Part shown: one piece after another, positions 58,901 through 64,000 of the stretch | How positions within the stretch are numbered: position 1 is the stretch's first letter | How the letters are laid out: each line of letters starts with the position of its first letter | From: Mobula hypostoma | Lineage: Eukaryota | DNA length: 64,000 bases | Reading direction: 5' to 3' | Assembly (NCBI RefSeq): GCF_963921235.1 | Contig: NC_086098.1 | Span: 7,564,001-7,628,000, forward strand | The notes under the pieces: generated by a model | Seen by the model: only the letters and a program-made list of their open reading frames with translations | The model's database searches: none | What the model was told of the DNA's origin: nothing | Made by a program: the position numbers and the translations under genes

Positions 58901-60194
58901 TGGTATTGTAATTATAGTTTCATTAAGTATTACAACGTACTACTGCCACAAAACAACAAATTTCACGACATATGCCAATGATAATAAATTTGATTCTGAT
59001 ACTGATTTTTTTCTCCAAAATACCATTTGGCTGCTGCTTCAATGTGTCTGTCAACCATTTTATCCCAGATGCATTAAGACCCTTTTCAATTAACATGCAA
59101 AACAACGGCAAGTGAACTTTGCTACGTTTCAGTGACTAATGTTGTCAATTGTCATTAAGAACCGAGGTGATCTATAAAGGAGTCTAGCTGAAGAAAAACC
59201 TTTTATACCTATACCTTCCGCTCTGTCACTAGTAAAAATGGTATTTCTTCTTCACAGTTCCTCTGATTCTGTCGCCTGTTTTCTCAGGACGAGGCTTTCC
59301 ATTCTAGGATATTTTATTTTCTTTTTATATTATTTTGCAGTACAGCACCAAACTATCCCTTCTGGCCCAATGAGGCACGTTGCCCAGCAACTCACCTATT
59401 TAAGAGCTTAATGATCAAAGTAAAATTTATTTATTGCCTGTCACCACATACAACCCTGAAATTCTTTTCCCTGTGGGCATACTCAGTAAATCTATAGAAC
59501 AGTAACTGTATTAGGTTCAATGAAAGATCAAGCAGAGCATAGCAGACAACAAACTGTCAAAATGCAAATATAGATCAATAGCAACAAATAATAAGAACAT
59601 GAAATAAAGACAATAGAGATAAAGAGATGAAGAGGTTATATATGGTAACATATATGTACTTTGATAATAAAATTTACTTTGGACTTTGAAATTAATGGAT
59701 AAGTAGTTTGGAGCAGCACTTCTGTATTCCTAGTGCGCAGTCAGGGTAACAAAGGTTTGCTAAAAGTAATAAATTGGCCTTTCATATGGAAGAAAGTAAT
59801 GAGTCACTGGTCTGAGGAATCATTGTAAGCTGGCAACACAATCAATAAAATTAACAATTTTTTCATTAATTAATTAACTTTCCTTTCTGTGTGTCTGCTG
59901 TCAGTTACAATTATTTAATAAGTTGTTCAACATGATCCCTTTGTTGAGTTCTTCCCTAATGATCAGATCATTGATTGGGGAACATTGATTCGGACTCGGT
60001 TAACTCAATCTGATTAATGAAGTATAGGAATGCAGGCATTGAACAGGGGCCCAAAGTGCTCCCACAACAAACTCACTTAGATAATCCTAATGTAATGTCA
60101 TTATTCAAGAAAGTATTTTTCCCCGGCTGATGCCAAACTCAGCTTTGTTAGACTCCTAAATTCATGAATCAAGTTGCTTTTTCATTGCCAGTGC

Positions 60195-60880
60195 CTCTAC
60201 TTCCTTAGGAGTTGAGATTCAGCAATGACATCTAAAACTCTGACAAACTTCTGTAGATGTGCAGTGGAGAGTGTATTGACTACCTGCATCACGGCCTGGT
60301 ATGGAAACACCAATGTCCTTGAATGGAAAATCCTGCCAAAAGGAGTGGATACAGCCCAGTCCATCACGGACAAAGCCCTCCCCACCATTGAGCACACCTA
60401 CATGAAATGTAGTCATAGGGAAACAGCATCCATCGACAGAGGCCCCCACCACCCAGGTCATGCCCCCTTTTCACTGCTGCCATCAGAAGAAGGTAGAGGA
60501 GCCTCAAGACTCACAGAACCAAGTTCAGAAACAGTTATTACCCCTTAACTATCAGGTTCTTGAAACAAACAGAATTACTTCATTTGCCCCATTATTGCAA
60601 TCTTCCCACAACCAATGGATTCACTTTAAATGACTCATCATCCGATATTCTTGATACCTATTGTTTATTTATTTATTATTATCATTTCATTCTTTTTGTA
60701 TTTGCACAGTTTGTTGTCTTCTGCACTCTCGTTAGTGCCCAAGTTGGCGTGGTCTTTCATTGATTCTATTATAGTTATTGGATTATTGAGTATGCACGCA
60801 AGAAAAATGAATCTCAAGGTTGTATATGGTGACATATATGTACTTTGAATATAAGTTTATTTTGACCTTTGAACTTCATA
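60195..60880 (+). mobile_element. Rex1/Babar LINE 3' fragment
   Basis: TLTNFCRCAVESVLTTCITAWYGN...HPGHAPFSLLPS; ACTTTGA tail. Confidence 0.85.
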
Positions 60881-61195
60881 ATTAGAAACAAAAGCAGGTT
60901 TAATACCTCTGGCATACACCGTGAAAGTTCTTGTTTTGCCACAGCGGTACATTGCAATACATAATAGTCAAAAAGCTATAAATTTAGAGAAAGAAACATT
61001 TATTTTAAAAGTTAAATTAAATAAGTAGTGCAAGAATAGTGCAAAATAGAAAAAAAAGGTGAGGTAGTATGAAACCCACAAGCTATTGGGGAGAACATAC
61101 AGACTCCTCTCGGCCAGTGGCAGAGTTGAAGCCAGGTTGCTGGTTTTGTAAAGCATTACACTAATGACTATACCACTGAAACACCCCCAAAGCAC

Positions 61196-61269
61196 TGGCC
61201 CGTATAGGGATCGAACACACGACCTCAGCATTATAAGCACCATGCTCTGACCGGCTAAGCAAACAGCAC
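61196..61269 (-). pseudogene. tRNA-Ile-like pseudogene
   Basis: Reverse strand GTGCTGTTTGCTTAGCCGGTCAGAGCATGGTGCTTATAATGCTGAGGTCGTGTGTTCGATCCCTATACGGGCCA aligns by eye to vertebrate tRNA-Ile(AAT); acceptor and T stems are mismatched. Confidence 0.7.
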
Positions 61270-61749
61270 CCTTACTGTGTTAGCAACTCAGTGATATATA
61301 CTAGGTGCTGTTCCCAGCATGTTTTCCTCTGCCTTTCGTCAAATGATGTTGATTGTTCAAAATCCAGATCTACATTCTCTGTCAACTTATTAAAACATTA
61401 ATCAGTTTGTCATCCTGAAAGTCTGAAGAAACACATCTGGAGGATTGCCTTGGGATGATAGTATTCAGTTCACACAACAGATTTTACTGTCTTCACCCAT
61501 AATTCATCTGACCATGTGACTAGCTATTTACAAGCATCAGGAGTATGGGATTCTTGTTCATAGGAGTGACAATTAACCCAAGAGAATATCCAGAGCAAAC
61601 ACAAATATGTTATTCAGATAGTTTCCAGTACAAATACTAAGGAGGAAATGTGTGCTAGAACATAAGAAAGCATTTTAGTGCCAGAGCAGATACACGTAAC
61701 AAGCATATAATGTTATGTAGTTCTGCTTAACTCCATTAAAATTCCTTGT

Positions 61750-61910
61750 ACAGGCTGAGTATCCCTTATCCGAAACACTTGGAACTAGAAGTTTTTCATA
61801 TTTCGGAATTTCAAATATATAATAAGAGAGCCTGGGATTGCTATCATTTCCGACTCTGAACTTATTTGCTATCTCTACTGGTAAGCAGTTTTTGCCTTAC
61901 ACTTGACCAT
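61750..61910 (+). mobile_element. Tigger/MER46-like terminal fragment
   Basis: TA followed by CAGGCTGAGTATCCCTTATCCGAAA, a Tigger-type end. Confidence 0.55.
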
Positions 61911-61924
61911 CACACAACCGAGTA

Positions 61925-62590
61925 CAAAGTGAATTTATTTTCAAAGCTCATATATAATATGTCACCACATACAACCCTGAAATTCTTTCCCTTTGGGTAT
62001 ACTCAGCAAATCTATAGAATAGTAACTATAACAGGATCAATGAAAGATCAACTAGAGTGCAGAAGACAACACACTGTGCAAATGTAAATATAAATAAAAA
62101 GCAATAAATAATCAGAACATGAAATATTGAGATAAAGAGTCCTTAAAGTGAGATCATTCATTGTGGGAACATCTCAGTGGATGGGCAAGTGAGAGTAGTT
62201 ATCTCCCTTTGTTCAAGACCCTGATGGTTGAAGGGTAGTAACTGTTCCTGAACCTGGTGGTGCGAGTCCTGAGGCTCCTGTACCTCCTACCTGACGGCAG
62301 CAGCAAGAAGAGAGCATGGCCTGGGTGGTGGTGATTTCTGATGATCAATGCTGTTTTCCTGTGACAGCATTTCATGTAAATGTGCTCAATGGTTGGGAAG
62401 GCTTTATCCATGATATACTGGGCCAAATCCACTACATTTTGTAGGATTTTCCATCCAAAGGCATTTTGGTGTTCCCATACCAGGCCGTGGTACAACCAGT
62501 CAATACACTCTCCACTACATATCTATAGAAGTTTGACAAAGTGATCAATGTCATTCCGAGTCTCTGCAAACTTCTAAGGAAGTACAGGTC
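61925..62590 (-). mobile_element. Rex1/Babar LINE 3' fragment
   Basis: HPGHALFLLLPSGRRYRSLRTRTTRFRNSYYPSTIRVLN. Confidence 0.85.
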
Positions 62591-63374
62591 ACAGAACAGG
62601 TCCTCCAAAATAATAAATCAAGCCAAGTCAGATGTAGTGTTATTTAGATTGCTGTGTCAAAGGGAAATAAGTAACTGTTATATTCTGTCTCTGAGTGAAA
62701 CTTGGATGTCTCCCTGCACGCCAGATACAGCGATCAAATGGGAAGTCTTCTTGATATACCAAATGGACTGAACTACAGACTGAGAAAAGATGAGAGGTGG
62801 AGATCTGTGTCCATTCTAGGGAGTTCTCCTCCATAATCCTGAGGAACTCGGTGGTTCAGTCAGATACGGCACTCTGAAGTGGACAAAGGTTCATCGCCAT
62901 CGCTGGAAGTGAGGCAGAAGGTGGGGTACTCAAGTCAGGCTGAAATGCAAAGGGATGAGACCCCCTCTATCCAGCATCTTGCTGGCAAACGTGCATTTGC
63001 TGGACAACAAAACTGAGGACCTGAGGGCAAGATTGGTGTATCGAAGGGAAATGAGAGATTGTTGTGTTCTGTGATTTAGAATCTTCCCTAACCAGAAGCC
63101 CTGAATGAAACATGGGATCCGAAATCTGCTGAGGGCCAGTTCAGAGTTATTCAAGTCTGGCAACCAAGAAAGTTACAAGAGGTCCAGGTAAGATCTCCAG
63201 AAAGCCATCACTCAGGCAAAGTGACAATTCTGGACTAAATGAATCAATGAAGGATGCTCAACAGTTGTGGCAGGGCTTGCAAAGTAAAATTAAACAACGT
63301 AGCCCACAACAGGGTTTCACTTCCAGATTAGCTCAATGCCTTCTATCTTGCTTTGGCTGTCAAAACATGGACAC

Positions 63375-63845
63375 ATGGAAACATAGAAAACCTACAGCAC
63401 AATACAGGCCCTTTGGCCCACAAAACTGTGCCAAAAATCTCCTTACCTTGGAAATTACCTAGGGTTACCCATATCGCTCTATTTTGCTGAGCTCCATGTA
63501 TCTGTCCAGGAGTCTCTTAAAAGCCACTATCGTATTTGCTTCCACCACCGTCGCCGGCAGCCCATTCCACGCACTCACTAGTCTGCGTAAAAAACTTGCC
63601 CCTGACATCTCCTCTGTACCTACTTCCAAGCACCTTAAAACTGTGCCCTCTCATATTTGCCATTTCAGCCCTTGGAAAAAGCCTCTGACTATCCACAGGA
63701 TCAATGCCTCTCATCATCTTATACACCTCTATCAGGTCATCTTTTATCCTCTTTCACTCCAAGTAAAAAAGGCCATTTACTCAACCTGGGCATGCTCCCC
63801 AATCTAGGCAACATCCTTGTCAATCTCCTCTGCACCCTTTCTATG
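63375..63845 (-). mobile_element. CR1 3' fragment
   Basis: IERVQRRLTRMLP...YKMMRGID...RGHSFKV...KFFTQ. Confidence 0.85.
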
Positions 63846-64000
63846 GAACAAGCATCACAAAGTCCCATCTGGTCTGGAGCGGCCACTGCACAGGATTGAA
63901 ATAAGCTGCAGAAAGTTGTTAACTCAGTCAGCTCCATCATGGGCACCAGCATCCCCAGCATCCAGGACATCTTTAAGGAGAAATGCCTCGAAAAGGCAGT

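Overview
Repeat-dense vertebrate genomic DNA. The repeat repertoire (HE1-like V-SINEs, CR1 with SGNH-esterase ORF1, Rex1/Babar, Penelope, RTE, Hero) suggests a cartilaginous fish, probably a ray (inference). I found no convincing host protein-coding gene, so the window looks intronic or intergenic. Contents: the 3' part of a nearly intact Ty3/Gypsy LTR retrotransposon (protease, RT, RNase H, integrase, PPT, 3' LTR; 1-3491) with a related solo LTR at 53467-53700; several other solo LTRs, one inflated by a ~1.6 kb purine-rich minisatellite; many CR1, Rex1, RTE and Penelope fragments; an internally deleted Tigger with a large internal hairpin; Tc1-type MITEs; tRNA-derived SINEs; a tRNA-Ile pseudogene; and two pieces of a Hero-clade (restriction-like endonuclease, RLE) non-LTR retrotransposon. 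The most striking item lies in the Hero 3' UTR (35060-35135): a complete hammerhead ribozyme core (GUC cleavage triplet, CUGAUGA, GAAA, three pairable stems) whose strands occur in a non-circularly permuted, pseudoknotted order. Family assignments come from motif recognition by eye, not database searches, and boundaries of degenerate repeats are approximate.
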